From: Candidatus Nealsonbacteria bacterium
GTDB taxonomy: Bacteria > Patescibacteriota > Minisyncoccia > Minisyncoccales > DAOVPY01
Reading direction: 5' to 3'
DNA length: 64,000 nt
Assembly (NCBI GenBank): GCA_030628945.1
Contig: DAOVPY010000001.1
Span: 136,124 to 200,123 of the forward strand
A model generated the notes under the pieces. The model was given only the letters and a program-made list of their open reading frames with translations, was not told the DNA's origin and made no database searches. The translations under genes were made by a program, and so were the position numbers. Position 1 is the first letter of the stretch; every line of letters begins with the position of its first letter. Shown piece after piece: positions 18,681 through 27,471 of this stretch.

Positions 18681-18818
18681 ATGAATTTTTGGATACCATT
18701 TTGGTATACAAAAATTCATTTAGGCAGTGGTTCGGGGGCGCTAATTCCCGAATTCCGAACTCCGCTGAAAGCGGAGCGAGGGAATGCCTTCGGGCAACTC
18801 TCCAACCACGCGCACATG
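18681..18818 (+). other. Structured GC-rich insert bounded by an 18-nt duplicate of the tRNA-Ile 3' end
   Basis: TCCAACCACGCGCACATG occurs at 18666-18683 and again at 18801-18818. Between the copies lie a 17/18-bp hairpin (18681-18719) and three stacked hairpins (18730-18802). One of these is TGCC-UUCG-GGCA. Confidence 0.5.
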
Positions 18819-18829
18819 TCTTTCAAAAA

Positions 18830-18903
18830 GGGCGGTTAGCTCATTTGGTTAGAGTGCTTCAGTGACATTGAAGAGGTGACAGGTTCGAATCCTGTACCGC
18901 CCA
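18830..18903 (+). tRNA. tRNA-Val, anticodon GAC
   Basis: Acceptor GGGCGGT/ACCGCCC, anticodon stem CTTCA/TGAAG with loop GTGACAT, T arm ACAGG-TTCGAAT-CCTGT. Confidence 0.9.
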
Positions 18904-18904
18904 C

Positions 18905-19528
18905 ATGGAATTAAAAATTATTTTTGAGGATGATGATTTATTGGTAATTGACAAGCGCGCAGGAAAAAATTCTGACGATTTTGAAAAAAGGGTTCACCGG
19001 TTGGATAAAGATACCTCTGGCATTCTTTTAATCGCCAAAAATAACAAGACGCTTGATTTTTTTCAGAAACAGTTTAAAGATAGAGAAGTAGGCAAAAAAT
19101 ATATTGCGTTAGTAAACGGGAAAATTGAAACAAGCGAAGGAGAAATTAAAACCTTAATAGGCAGAGACAAAAAAAATTACAAAAAGCAAAGAGCGTATTT
19201 GTCAATTGAGCCAGACGCCAAAAGAAGGGGATTGAGAGAGGCGATAACTAAATACAAGGTTTTAGAAAAATTTCAGGATTATACTTTGATTGAAGTTGAA
19301 CCGAAGACCGGCAGAAAACATCAAATCAGATGCCATCTCGCTTATTTGGGACATCCAATTGCTGGCGATAAATTATACGCATTTAAGAATCAACCCTGCC
19401 CCAAGGGTTTAAACAGGCAGTTCCTGCACGCTTTTCAACTGGAAATTAAGATGCCGAATGGAGAGAAAAAAAAGTTTGAAGCAAAATTGCCAAAGGAATT
19501 AAAACAGATATTACAAAATTTATGTTAA
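18905..19528 (+). CDS. RluA-family pseudouridine synthase (no S4 domain)
   Basis: HRLDKDTSG is the catalytic motif. The conserved C-terminal block is HQIRCHLAYLGHPIAGD. Confidence 0.8.
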   Translation: MELKIIFEDDDLLVIDKRAGKNSDDFEKRVHRLDKDTSGILLIAKNNKTLDFFQKQFKDREVGKKYIALVNGKIETSEGEIKTLIGRDKKNYKKQRAYLSIEPDAKRRGLREAITKYKVLEKFQDYTLIEVEPKTGRKHQIRCHLAYLGHPIAGDKLYAFKNQPCPKGLNRQFLHAFQLEIKMPNGEKKKFEAKLPKELKQILQNLC

Positions 19529-19878
19529 CTAAACTTCAAAAATTTATTAAACCTCAGCTTAAAGATGATGTGCCCGACATTAGACCGGGTGATATTGTTC
19601 AGGTTTATCAAAAAATTAAAGAAGGCAAGAAAGAAAAAACTCAAATGTTTAAGGGTTTGGTTTTGGCTCGGAAGCACGGGAAAGGCGCCGGGGCAACCAT
19701 TACCGTAAGAAAAGTAATATCAGAAATCGGGGTAGAAAAAATTTTTCCCATTCACTCTCCGAGCATAGAAAAGATAGAAATAGTTAAACGAAGCAAAGTA
19801 AGGAGGGCAAAGCTTTATTATTTAAGAACCGCAAAAGGAAGAAAGGCGCGGTTGAAGAAAAAAGAGATTAAAAAATGA
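19522..19878 (+). CDS. rplS: 50S ribosomal protein L19
   Basis: PDIRPGDIVQVYQKIKEG...FKGLVLARK...ITVRK...GVEKIFPIHSP is typical of L19. Confidence 0.9.
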   Translation: MLTKLQKFIKPQLKDDVPDIRPGDIVQVYQKIKEGKKEKTQMFKGLVLARKHGKGAGATITVRKVISEIGVEKIFPIHSPSIEKIEIVKRSKVRRAKLYYLRTAKGRKARLKKKEIKK

Positions 19879-19962
19879 GCCCAGGTGGTGGAATTGGTAT
19901 ACACACATGGTTGAGGGCCATGGTTCATTTTGGACGTGCGGGTTCAAGTCCCGCCCTGGGCA
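19879..19962 (+). tRNA. tRNA-Leu, anticodon GAG (type II, long variable arm)
   Basis: Acceptor GCCCAGG/CCTGGGC, anticodon stem CATGG/CCATG with loop TTGAGGG, 15-nt variable arm, T arm GCGGG-TTCAAGT-CCCGC. It starts directly after the rplS stop. Confidence 0.85.
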
Positions 19963-19968
19963 CAAATT

Positions 19969-20042
19969 GGGCGTATAGCTCAGTTGGCTAGAGCGTCTCG
20001 TCTACACCGAGAAGGTCTCCCGTTCAAGTCGGGATACGCCCA
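19969..20042 (+). tRNA. tRNA-Val, anticodon UAC, with C at position 33
   Basis: Acceptor GGGCGTA/TACGCCC, D arm GCTC-AGTTGGCTA-GAGC, anticodon stem TCTCG/CGAGA with loop TCTACAC, T arm TCCCG-TTCAAGT-CGGGA. Confidence 0.75.
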
Positions 20043-20056
20043 CATAAAATTAGGGG

Positions 20057-20085
20057 TTGACAAATTTTTCAAAAAGAGTTATCCT
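20057..20085 (+). promoter_or_regulatory. Sigma70-type promoter candidate
   Basis: GGGG followed by TTGACA (20057-20062), a 17-nt spacer, then TATCCT (20080-20085). Confidence 0.4.
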
Positions 20086-20145
20086 TTATAAAGAAGGAAT
20101 TTGAAAACTTCATATAGGAGAAAAGTAAAAAAAGAGGTGATAGGA

Positions 20146-21615
20146 ATGACAGAAGAAAAAGAAAAGTTTGAGGAACGGATAGAAAAAATCAGGGTTTTAA
20201 GACGCCAGCGCGAATTTTCAAAAGCAAAAAAAGCGCTGGAGAAACTGAAATCCAAATTAAGCCAGGAAGTGCCGAGTGAAGAATATTTCGGCGAGGCTTT
20301 CGTAGGGACCCCTGGAAAATTTCGTTTGATTAAACCGGAGATTCAGCGCAAAATATCGGCCATTATCTACGAAGAGGGCATGATTTGGCAGGAATTAGAG
20401 GATTTCGCCAAAGCAAGAGAACAGTTTGTCACTGCTCTGGAAATGCGGGAGGAAACTCTTCGGAACGCCATTGAAGATAAATCGGCGATTGTGGAGTTTG
20501 CCCTTTCTTCATTCGGGCTTGCCAGAGTGGAGTATTTCAGAATAGGAGCAGTTGACGAGCGTGTATTGTTTTTCTTTAAAATTGCCCGGCAACGAATTAA
20601 AAGAGCCGTGAGAGCCATTGAAGCGTCGGAAAAGGAAGATTTCAATGGCCTGGCAACCCTGTACTATAATCTTTCGTTTATGGAGCAGGCGCGCGGCAAT
20701 TTTAAGAAAGCGATACATGGATATAGACATACCCTGCTATTGCAGAAACAATCTGGCGATGTAAGGGGAGCTTCTTTAGCCCTCGCGGGGATTATTAAAT
20801 CCCTTGATGAGTTTGTTAAAATAGATCCTCTTAGCGCGCTAAGAGTTTTCCAGGAGATAGACCATCTCACATGGATCCCGCAGCAAATAAGAATCATAAA
20901 GGATGCCACCAATGCTTTGAATTGGCAGTTTAGGGAGCAATATCTGGGAGTAAGAGCAGCAATAGACCAAGAAGATTTGTTAGACACATTAGTTGGGATT
21001 GAAACGCCTGATACCTCGGTGGTTCACAGGGAGCCGTCAAGAAGGGCGATAAGCATTCTCAATTTAATGGATAGGAGTATAGAGAGAGCGGAAGAAGCGC
21101 TTTTAGGCCATAATGGAGCGGAGCCGAGCTTGTTGATTTCTTTGCTTGACCAGTCGTTCTTAGAAGAGATAAGACAGGATTATATTGAAGTCAATGATTT
21201 TTTAGAACAACTGGAGCAAAGCGTTCCTGATGTAAGAGAGATGAGCGTTGGCCGTTTGTCCCGGCGAATCAAGAAAGCAATGGCTTTTTTGAAAGAGAGC
21301 GAGTTTACGGGTCAAGAAGAAAGATGCGAATTTGCCCAGGAAGGCATTGATGTAATCCGCCAAATAGTGCTAACTTCAAAGAGCTTAAGTAAAGTAAGAG
21401 AAACGCTCTTGGCGAATTACGGGGTTGATTTAAAGATAGCCCAGCTATGGAAGGATTACCTGGCGAAATCGAATTTTTCAAAAGATTTGGAGCGGCTTGC
21501 GTTAGCGTTCGGGAAAGGATGTAAGTTCGGACCTAAGGACGAGAAATACAACGTTCCTGCAATTAAGAAAACGTTTCAAGAACTCGAAAAAAAACAAAAA
21601 ACAGAGGAAGCCTAA
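20146..21615 (+). CDS. Hypothetical all-helical (TPR-like?) protein, relatively G+C-rich
   Basis: The ATG at 20146 is preceded by GAGGTGA. The TTG start at 20101 in the ORF track is less likely. I recognise no family motif. Confidence 0.5.
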   Translation: MTEEKEKFEERIEKIRVLRRQREFSKAKKALEKLKSKLSQEVPSEEYFGEAFVGTPGKFRLIKPEIQRKISAIIYEEGMIWQELEDFAKAREQFVTALEMREETLRNAIEDKSAIVEFALSSFGLARVEYFRIGAVDERVLFFFKIARQRIKRAVRAIEASEKEDFNGLATLYYNLSFMEQARGNFKKAIHGYRHTLLLQKQSGDVRGASLALAGIIKSLDEFVKIDPLSALRVFQEIDHLTWIPQQIRIIKDATNALNWQFREQYLGVRAAIDQEDLLDTLVGIETPDTSVVHREPSRRAISILNLMDRSIERAEEALLGHNGAEPSLLISLLDQSFLEEIRQDYIEVNDFLEQLEQSVPDVREMSVGRLSRRIKKAMAFLKESEFTGQEERCEFAQEGIDVIRQIVLTSKSLSKVRETLLANYGVDLKIAQLWKDYLAKSNFSKDLERLALAFGKGCKFGPKDEKYNVPAIKKTFQELEKKQKTEEA

Positions 21616-21629
21616 AAAACTTCCTTTTT
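21605..21629 (+). terminator. Terminator candidate
   Basis: AGGAAG-(9 nt)-CTTCCT followed by TTTTT. It overlaps the stop codon. Confidence 0.45.
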
Positions 21630-21681
21630 AATTTGACCAAAATTTGGAAATTAGCTAAACTGAAAATGAACTAAGCAGTAA

Positions 21682-21753
21682 GCCGGGGTAGCTCAGTGGT
21701 AGAGCATTCGCCTGAAAAGCGAAGGGTCGTCAGTCCAATTCTGACCCCCGGCA
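21682..21753 (+). tRNA. tRNA-Phe, anticodon GAA
   Basis: Acceptor GCCGGGG/CCCCGGC, anticodon stem TTCGC/GCGAA with loop CTGAAAA. The T loop reads TCCAATT, which is an unusual C at position 55. Confidence 0.85.
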
Positions 21754-21754
21754 C

Positions 21755-21826
21755 GCGGGAGTAGTTCAGTGGTAGAATGTCTCGTTGCCAACGAGAAGAT
21801 CGCGGGTTCAATCCCCGTCTCCCGCT
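21755..21826 (+). tRNA. tRNA-Gly, anticodon GCC
   Basis: Acceptor GCGGGAG/CTCCCGC, anticodon stem TCTCG/CGAGA with loop TTGCCAA, T arm GCGGG-TTCAATC-CCCGT. It lies 1 nt after tRNA-Phe. Confidence 0.9.
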
Positions 21827-21840
21827 CAAAATAAAAATAT

Positions 21841-24537
21841 ATGAACGGAGGAAATTTTACCCACAAAGCGCAGGAAGCGATAATGCTCGCGCAGAATATG
21901 GCAAGGAAGAGGAATCAGCAGCAGATAGACGCATGCCATCTTCTTTTTGCTTTGCTTTCCCAGGAAGAAAGCCTGGTTTTGACTTTGCTTCAGAAAATGG
22001 GAGTGGATGTTGACGATTTAAAGAAAAAAACGGAAAAGACCTTAGAAGCCATTCCGGTTATTACCACTCCTCAAACCCTTGGCCAATTTTATCTAACCCA
22101 GGATATGGCAAAGATTTTAGACAGAGCCAGGGAAGAATCGGCAAAAATGGGCGACGAATTTATTTCAATAGAGCATTTCTTTTTAGCCCTGCTTGACACG
22201 AAAACCAGGGCAAAAGAAATTTTAGACAAGGCAAATGTTTTACGGTCGGAAGGAGGACCCGCTGTTTTGGAATCCGGGAGTCTGAACTATAACGATGTTT
22301 TGCAAATTTTAGCCAAAATTCGCGGAGGGGCAAGGATTACCGATCCTGAGCCGGAAACAAAATACCAGGTTTTGGAGAAATACGCGCGCAATTTAACCCA
22401 ATTAGCCAGGCAAGGCAAGCTGGACCCGGTGATAGGGCGGGAAAAAGAGATTCGCCGTCTTATGCAGGTTTTGTCCAGAAGAACAAAAAATAATCCGGTT
22501 TTAATCGGCGAAGCCGGAGTTGGAAAAACAGCCGTGGTTGAGGGGTTAGCTCAGAGAATTGTCAGAAGAGAAGTGCCGGAAAGCTTAAAAGACAAAGAAA
22601 TTATTAATTTGGACTTGGGTTCAATTGTTGCCGGAACAAAATACAGGGGAGAGTTTGAAGACAGGATAAAAGCCCTTCTTAAAGAAATTAATCAGTCCAA
22701 GGGAAAATATATTCTCTTTATTGACGAGCTTCATACCCTGGTTGGCGCCGGAGCCGCCGAGGGCGCGATTGACGCGTCCAATCTTTTAAAGCCGGCTTTG
22801 GCGCGCGGCGAGCTAAAAGCAATCGGAGCCACCACTCTGAAAGAATATCAAAAATATATTGAAAGAGATGCGGCATTAGAGAGGAGATTCCAGCCAATTC
22901 ATGTTGCCGAGCCCTCGGTGGAAGACACTGTGGCTATTTTGCGCGGTTTGAAGGGAAAATACGAGCTTCATCACGGCGTTAGGATTAATGATTCAGCCCT
23001 TCTGGCCGCGGCTGAATTGGCTTCACGATATATCACGGACAGGTTTTTGCCGGATAAAGCCGTGGATTTAATGGACGAGGCCGCCTCGGCCTTGCGGCTG
23101 GAACTTGAGTCCGAGCCCGCGGAATTTGACGAGTTCAAAAAACAAATTCAACGTTTAGAAATAGAAAAACAAGCTTTGAAAAATGACGCTTCGCTAAAAA
23201 CCGTCGTGGCAAAGAAAAAAATAAAGGTCTGCGACAGGGCTTTGGGTGATTTGAAAGAAAAAGCAAAAACAATTGAACTCCAATGGAAAACCGAGAAAGA
23301 TTTAATTCAGAGCGTCAGAAATTTAAAAAAAGAGATTGACGGTCTTAGTTTTCAGGCCGAAACCGCGCAAAGAGAAGCCAAGCTTGAAAAAGTGGCTGAA
23401 ATTAAATACGGCAAAATTCCCTTGCTCTTGAAAAAGAAGAAAGCAAAAGAAAAGGAATTAACCCGTTTCCAGAAAAACCGCAAAATTTTGAAAGAAGAGG
23501 TTGGAGAGGAAGAAGTTGCCGACGTTGTTTCTCGCTGGACCGGAATTCCGGTAACTCGGCTTGTAGAAGAGGAAGCCAGAAAATTGGAAAAAATGGAAGC
23601 GCTTATTCAGAAAAGGGTGGTTGGACAAAAACAAGCGATTATTGCGGTTTCCAACGCTATTCGGAGAAGCCGGGCAGGAATTTCCGAGGAGAACAAGCCC
23701 CTGGGTTCGTTTATGTTTTTAGGTCCCACAGGAGTGGGAAAAACCGAATTAGCCCGGGCTTTAGCGGAATTTTTATTTAACGACGAGAACGCTCTGATTA
23801 GATTGGATATGTCGGAATATATGGAAAAACATACTGTTTCCAAAATTATTGGTTCGCCTCCGGGATATGTTGGTTATGAAGAAGGCGGCCAGCTTACCGA
23901 GAAAATCCGACACAGGCCTTACAGCGTTGTTTTGCTTGATGAAGCGGAAAAAGCCCACCCCGAGATTTTTAATATCCTGCTCCAGATTTTTGAGGACGGC
24001 CGTCTTACCGACGCCAAAGGAAGAATGGTTTCTTTCAAAAACGTTATTTTAATTATGACCTCTAATATCGGTTCGGAGCATATTGCTAAAATGAGCACTC
24101 TTGGTTTTATAGGGAGCGAAGACAAAAGAACCAGACAGACATTGGAAGAAAAAGTGCTTGATTCGTTGAGAGAGCGATTTCGTCCGGAATTTTTGAATCG
24201 GATTGACGAAGTTATTATTTTTAATTATCTGGGCAAAACAGAGATAAGAAATATAGTTGATTTAGAATTGGAGAAAGTGATTAAGCGATTAAAAGCCAAA
24301 AATATTGATATAAAAATAAGTCAAACCGCTAGAAAATTTTTAGCGGAGCGGGGTTTTGACCCGAATTTTGGAGCCCGACCCTTGAAAAGAGTTATTCAAA
24401 AATTAGTTCTTGACCCTTTGGCTTTAAAAATCGTTACCAACGAAGTAAAGGAAGACGATAAGGTAACAGTTGATTTCGCAACCGGTCAAATTGTTTTCAA
24501 AGTTTCCAGGGGTTCAACGCGGACCAAAAATCAATAA
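21841..24537 (+). CDS. clpB: Chaperone disaggregase ClpB
   Basis: It has a Clp N-domain and two AAA modules ([18 protein letters not shown]). A long coiled-coil M-domain lies between them. Confidence 0.95.
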   Translation: MNGGNFTHKAQEAIMLAQNMARKRNQQQIDACHLLFALLSQEESLVLTLLQKMGVDVDDLKKKTEKTLEAIPVITTPQTLGQFYLTQDMAKILDRAREESAKMGDEFISIEHFFLALLDTKTRAKEILDKANVLRSEGGPAVLESGSLNYNDVLQILAKIRGGARITDPEPETKYQVLEKYARNLTQLARQGKLDPVIGREKEIRRLMQVLSRRTKNNPVLIGEAGVGKTAVVEGLAQRIVRREVPESLKDKEIINLDLGSIVAGTKYRGEFEDRIKALLKEINQSKGKYILFIDELHTLVGAGAAEGAIDASNLLKPALARGELKAIGATTLKEYQKYIERDAALERRFQPIHVAEPSVEDTVAILRGLKGKYELHHGVRINDSALLAAAELASRYITDRFLPDKAVDLMDEAASALRLELESEPAEFDEFKKQIQRLEIEKQALKNDASLKTVVAKKKIKVCDRALGDLKEKAKTIELQWKTEKDLIQSVRNLKKEIDGLSFQAETAQREAKLEKVAEIKYGKIPLLLKKKKAKEKELTRFQKNRKILKEEVGEEEVADVVSRWTGIPVTRLVEEEARKLEKMEALIQKRVVGQKQAIIAVSNAIRRSRAGISEENKPLGSFMFLGPTGVGKTELARALAEFLFNDENALIRLDMSEYMEKHTVSKIIGSPPGYVGYEEGGQLTEKIRHRPYSVVLLDEAEKAHPEIFNILLQIFEDGRLTDAKGRMVSFKNVILIMTSNIGSEHIAKMSTLGFIGSEDKRTRQTLEEKVLDSLRERFRPEFLNRIDEVIIFNYLGKTEIRNIVDLELEKVIKRLKAKNIDIKISQTARKFLAERGFDPNFGARPLKRVIQKLVLDPLALKIVTNEVKEDDKVTVDFATGQIVFKVSRGSTRTKNQ

Positions 24538-24541
24538 TCAT

Positions 24542-24577
24542 TTGGGCTGTGCTTAACCGAGTTAAGCACAAGCCCAA
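24542..24577 (+). terminator. Strong hairpin after clpB (terminator candidate, no clear U tract)
   Basis: TTGGGCTGTGCTTAAC-cga-GTTAAGCACAAGCCCAA, 16 bp with one bulge. Confidence 0.4.
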
Positions 24578-24583
24578 TTAGTT

Positions 24584-25321
24584 ATGTTAAACGTGATTTT
24601 TAAAATTTTAGGGATTTTAATTTTAGGCATATTTGGCGGGTTTTTAAGCCAGGCCTTTGTTCTGCCTTATCTTGCCGGACAGCCTTATGCCCAAGATTTT
24701 CAGTTTATCAAGGAGTTTAAAGAAAAGGAGGTGATTATAGAACCAAAGCAGGAGATTATAATTCAGGAAAACACGGCTTTAAAAAAAGCGGTCGCAAAAG
24801 TAAAAAAAGTAGTGGTGGGAATAAAAAGCGAAACAAAGACCGGGAAAATTTTAAAGGGGTCCGGGTTGATTGTGTCTTCCGACGGTTTAGCGATAACGCT
24901 AACAGATATTGCGCCTCCGGGCTCCGAGGTAAGATTGTTTTTAGGCGATGAGGAATTATCCGTTGAGATTTTACAAAGAAAATCCGGCTTGGTCTTGTTA
25001 AAAATTAAGGGAAATAATTTTCCCACCATTGGGTTTGCCGAGTTTGAGAAGATAAAATTAGGGGAAAGAGTTTTTTTAGTCGGAAAGATTTTTCAATTGT
25101 CTAAGGACGAACAAGAGATTACTCAGACAATGGTAAATCAGGGAATTGTTAAATATTATGGACAGGATTCAATTCATACCAACATTTTTGAAAAATATTA
25201 TCTTTGGGGCAGTTCCCTTTTCAATATAAAAGGCAATCTCTTGGGAATAAACACTATTGACCAAGAGGGAAAGGTAATAGCTATCCCAGTTGTTGAAATT
25301 CAAGAATTCCTCGGCTTTTAA
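24584..25321 (+). CDS. Membrane-anchored trypsin/HtrA-like domain protein, catalytic triad not evident
   Basis: GSGLIVSSDGLAITL, LVLLKI and GNLLGINT resemble the S1C protease fold. The His and GNSGGP-type Ser motifs are not conserved. Confidence 0.4.
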   Translation: MLNVIFKILGILILGIFGGFLSQAFVLPYLAGQPYAQDFQFIKEFKEKEVIIEPKQEIIIQENTALKKAVAKVKKVVVGIKSETKTGKILKGSGLIVSSDGLAITLTDIAPPGSEVRLFLGDEELSVEILQRKSGLVLLKIKGNNFPTIGFAEFEKIKLGERVFLVGKIFQLSKDEQEITQTMVNQGIVKYYGQDSIHTNIFEKYYLWGSSLFNIKGNLLGINTIDQEGKVIAIPVVEIQEFLGF

Positions 25322-26889
25322 TGACTTATTCTCAGCTTTTTTTAGGTTTTTGTTTGGCTTTTATCGGAGGTATTTTTTTAAGCTCTGTAATTTATGTTCC
25401 TCAACTTATAATGTTGGGGTTTTTGATTTTAGGAGTTTTTTGGATTTTTGCGTTTTGGAGGCATAAAAAAGTAGTAATTGGCTTTTGTTTATTATTTTTG
25501 ATTTTTGGCGCCTGGCATCATCAGCAGGCAGAATTAAAAACCGTTGAGTTCGGGCCCGGAGACATTGCTTATTACAATAATTTAGAGGCGTTGGTTAGTT
25601 TTCAGGGTCAGGTTGTCAAAGAGCCGGACATAAGAGAAAGCAATATTAAGCTGACCATAATGAGCGCAAAAATATTCATAGAGGACAAGCAAATAACAAC
25701 AACCGGCAAGGTGTTGGTGAGCGTTAATCGCTATCCAAAATATAATTATGGAGATGAATTAAAAATTACTGGCGTCTTGAAAACTCCTTTTACTTTTGAG
25801 GATTTTAATTATAAGAATTATCTGGCTAAAGACGGAATTTATTCAGTGATGTATTATCCCAAAATTGAGAAAAATAAAGGAGGACAGGCCTCCTTTATTT
25901 CTATAATTTATGGCAAGATTTTGGGTTTTAAAAATAAATTAAGGGAATCTGTTTATCAAAATTTATCGCCGCCGCAAAGTTCAATTTTAGGCGCTATTAT
26001 TTTAGGAGATAAACAGAGAATTTCCGCTCAATGGAAGGAGAAGTTTAATATTACCGGCGTGAGGCACGTTACTTGCGTGTCCGGGATGCATATAATAATT
26101 CTCAGCGGGATATTGATGTGGCTGGGGCTTTGGCTGGGCCTCTGGAGGGGCCAGGCGTTTTATTTCGCCATTATTTTACTTTTCCTTTTCATACTTATAG
26201 TTGGAGCGCCGGCCTCGGCAATAAGGGCTGGAATTATGGGCGGCCTTTTTCTTTTTGCCCAAAAGCTCGGGCGGCTGAGGGCGGCTGGAAGGGCGCTCGT
26301 ATTTGCCGCCGCGCTAATGTTAATTCACAATCCCTTGCTTTTAATGTCTGATGTCGGGTTCCAGCTTTCATTTTTAGCCGCTTTGGGAATAATTTATCTG
26401 ATGCCGATTTTTCAATATTGGTTCGCCCCGCGCCAGCCCGTTCCTTTTTGCCCCGCGCCTTTTTTTACGAAAAGGTGCGTGTTTTATATTAAAAAGTTTT
26501 TTTCTCCGGTGAGCGGTCTTCTGGCTATGACTTTCGCGGCTCAGATTTTTACTTTGCCGATTTTAATTTATAATTTCGGTTATATGTCCAGAATCGCGCC
26601 ACTTACCAATATATTGGTTGTCCCTCTTCTGCCCTATATTATGGTGCTGGGTTTTATATTTGCTTTAGCCGGCCTTTTTTCACAGCCCTTGGGTTTGCTC
26701 CTTTCCTTGCCCGCTTGGTTTCTTTTAACCTATATTATTAAGCTCGTTGATTGGTTTTCCGGTTTTTCCTGGGCGTCTTTAACCATAGAGAACATTCACT
26801 GGCTCTGGCTGATAGTCGCTTATCTGGTTTTGGGCTGTCTTACCTATTATCTGACGGAAAAGCAAAGATGGAAATTCTTGGAGTATTAA
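25321..26889 (+). CDS. comEC: ComEC/Rec2 DNA-uptake channel protein (no beta-lactamase domain)
   Basis: It has an N-terminal OB-like region followed by the competence domain. ITGVRHVTCVSGMHIIIL sits within a polytopic membrane region. Confidence 0.8.
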   Translation: MTYSQLFLGFCLAFIGGIFLSSVIYVPQLIMLGFLILGVFWIFAFWRHKKVVIGFCLLFLIFGAWHHQQAELKTVEFGPGDIAYYNNLEALVSFQGQVVKEPDIRESNIKLTIMSAKIFIEDKQITTTGKVLVSVNRYPKYNYGDELKITGVLKTPFTFEDFNYKNYLAKDGIYSVMYYPKIEKNKGGQASFISIIYGKILGFKNKLRESVYQNLSPPQSSILGAIILGDKQRISAQWKEKFNITGVRHVTCVSGMHIIILSGILMWLGLWLGLWRGQAFYFAIILLFLFILIVGAPASAIRAGIMGGLFLFAQKLGRLRAAGRALVFAAALMLIHNPLLLMSDVGFQLSFLAALGIIYLMPIFQYWFAPRQPVPFCPAPFFTKRCVFYIKKFFSPVSGLLAMTFAAQIFTLPILIYNFGYMSRIAPLTNILVVPLLPYIMVLGFIFALAGLFSQPLGLLLSLPAWFLLTYIIKLVDWFSGFSWASLTIENIHWLWLIVAYLVLGCLTYYLTEKQRWKFLEY

Positions 26890-26915
26890 AAAAGGACTGA
26901 GTTTTCTCAATCCCT

Positions 26916-27218
26916 TTAACCGAACATAGGTCCTGTTTTTTCATCTTTTCCTACAAAATCGTCAATCATTTTTCTTAACGCTTTTAATTGTTCTTTTTGT
27001 TTTTTCTTAAATATGACGTGATACGCCTTTTGGGTTTCATCTCGGTAAATAGTGATGAAGAATACTTTTTCTCCATTTTCCTTATCAACGCCCCAAGCTA
27101 CCCATCGGCATTTAATTTTCCTATAATTTTCCCGGAGATTAAATTCTTCTAGTGCATTATCCAAAAAATCTTCTTCTTCTTCGGTAAGTTCTGATTCTTC
27201 TTCTTCGGCTTCGACCAT
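26916..27218 (-). CDS. Hypothetical acidic protein
   Basis: 100-aa ORF with a Glu-rich N terminus. No family was recognised. Confidence 0.4.
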   Translation of the reverse strand: MVEAEEEESELTEEEEDFLDNALEEFNLRENYRKIKCRWVAWGVDKENGEKVFFITIYRDETQKAYHVIFKKKQKEQLKALRKMIDDFVGKDEKTGPMFG

Positions 27219-27303
27219 TTTTCCTTTCCTATTTTTAATGAACCTTGATTATTCTTTTATACTCCAAAATAAAAAATAAGTCAAATTTTTAGGTGTGGGG
27301 GTG

Positions 27304-27331
27304 TTGATTAAAACAAGATTTAGGTTATAAA
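27304..27331 (+). promoter_or_regulatory. Promoter candidate for tRNA-Thr/prfB
   Basis: GGGGG-TG followed by TTGATT (27304-27309), a 16-nt spacer, then TATAAA (27326-27331). Confidence 0.4.
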
Positions 27332-27362
27332 GAGAATAAAGAGCAATCCCGTTTTTTATTAT

Positions 27363-27435
27363 GCCGATGTAGCTCAGCTGGCAGAGCAGACGCTTCGTAA
27401 GCGCCAGGCCGTCGGTTCGACCCCGACCATCGGCT
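27363..27435 (+). tRNA. tRNA-Thr, anticodon CGU
   Basis: Acceptor GCCGATG/CATCGGC, anticodon loop TTCGTAA (stem has one A-C mismatch), T arm GTCGG-TTCGACC-CCGAC. Confidence 0.85.
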
Positions 27436-27471
27436 CTTTTATTTTTAGGAATTTTATGCTATATTTGAAAA

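Noticed and set aside
18656-18865. 69-aa ORF across the tRNA-Ile/tRNA-Val spacer, and the 78-aa ORF at 21777-22013 across tRNA-Gly and the clpB start
   Set aside because: Both overlap well-folded tRNA genes or structured spacer. They lack RBSs and have no recognisable protein features.
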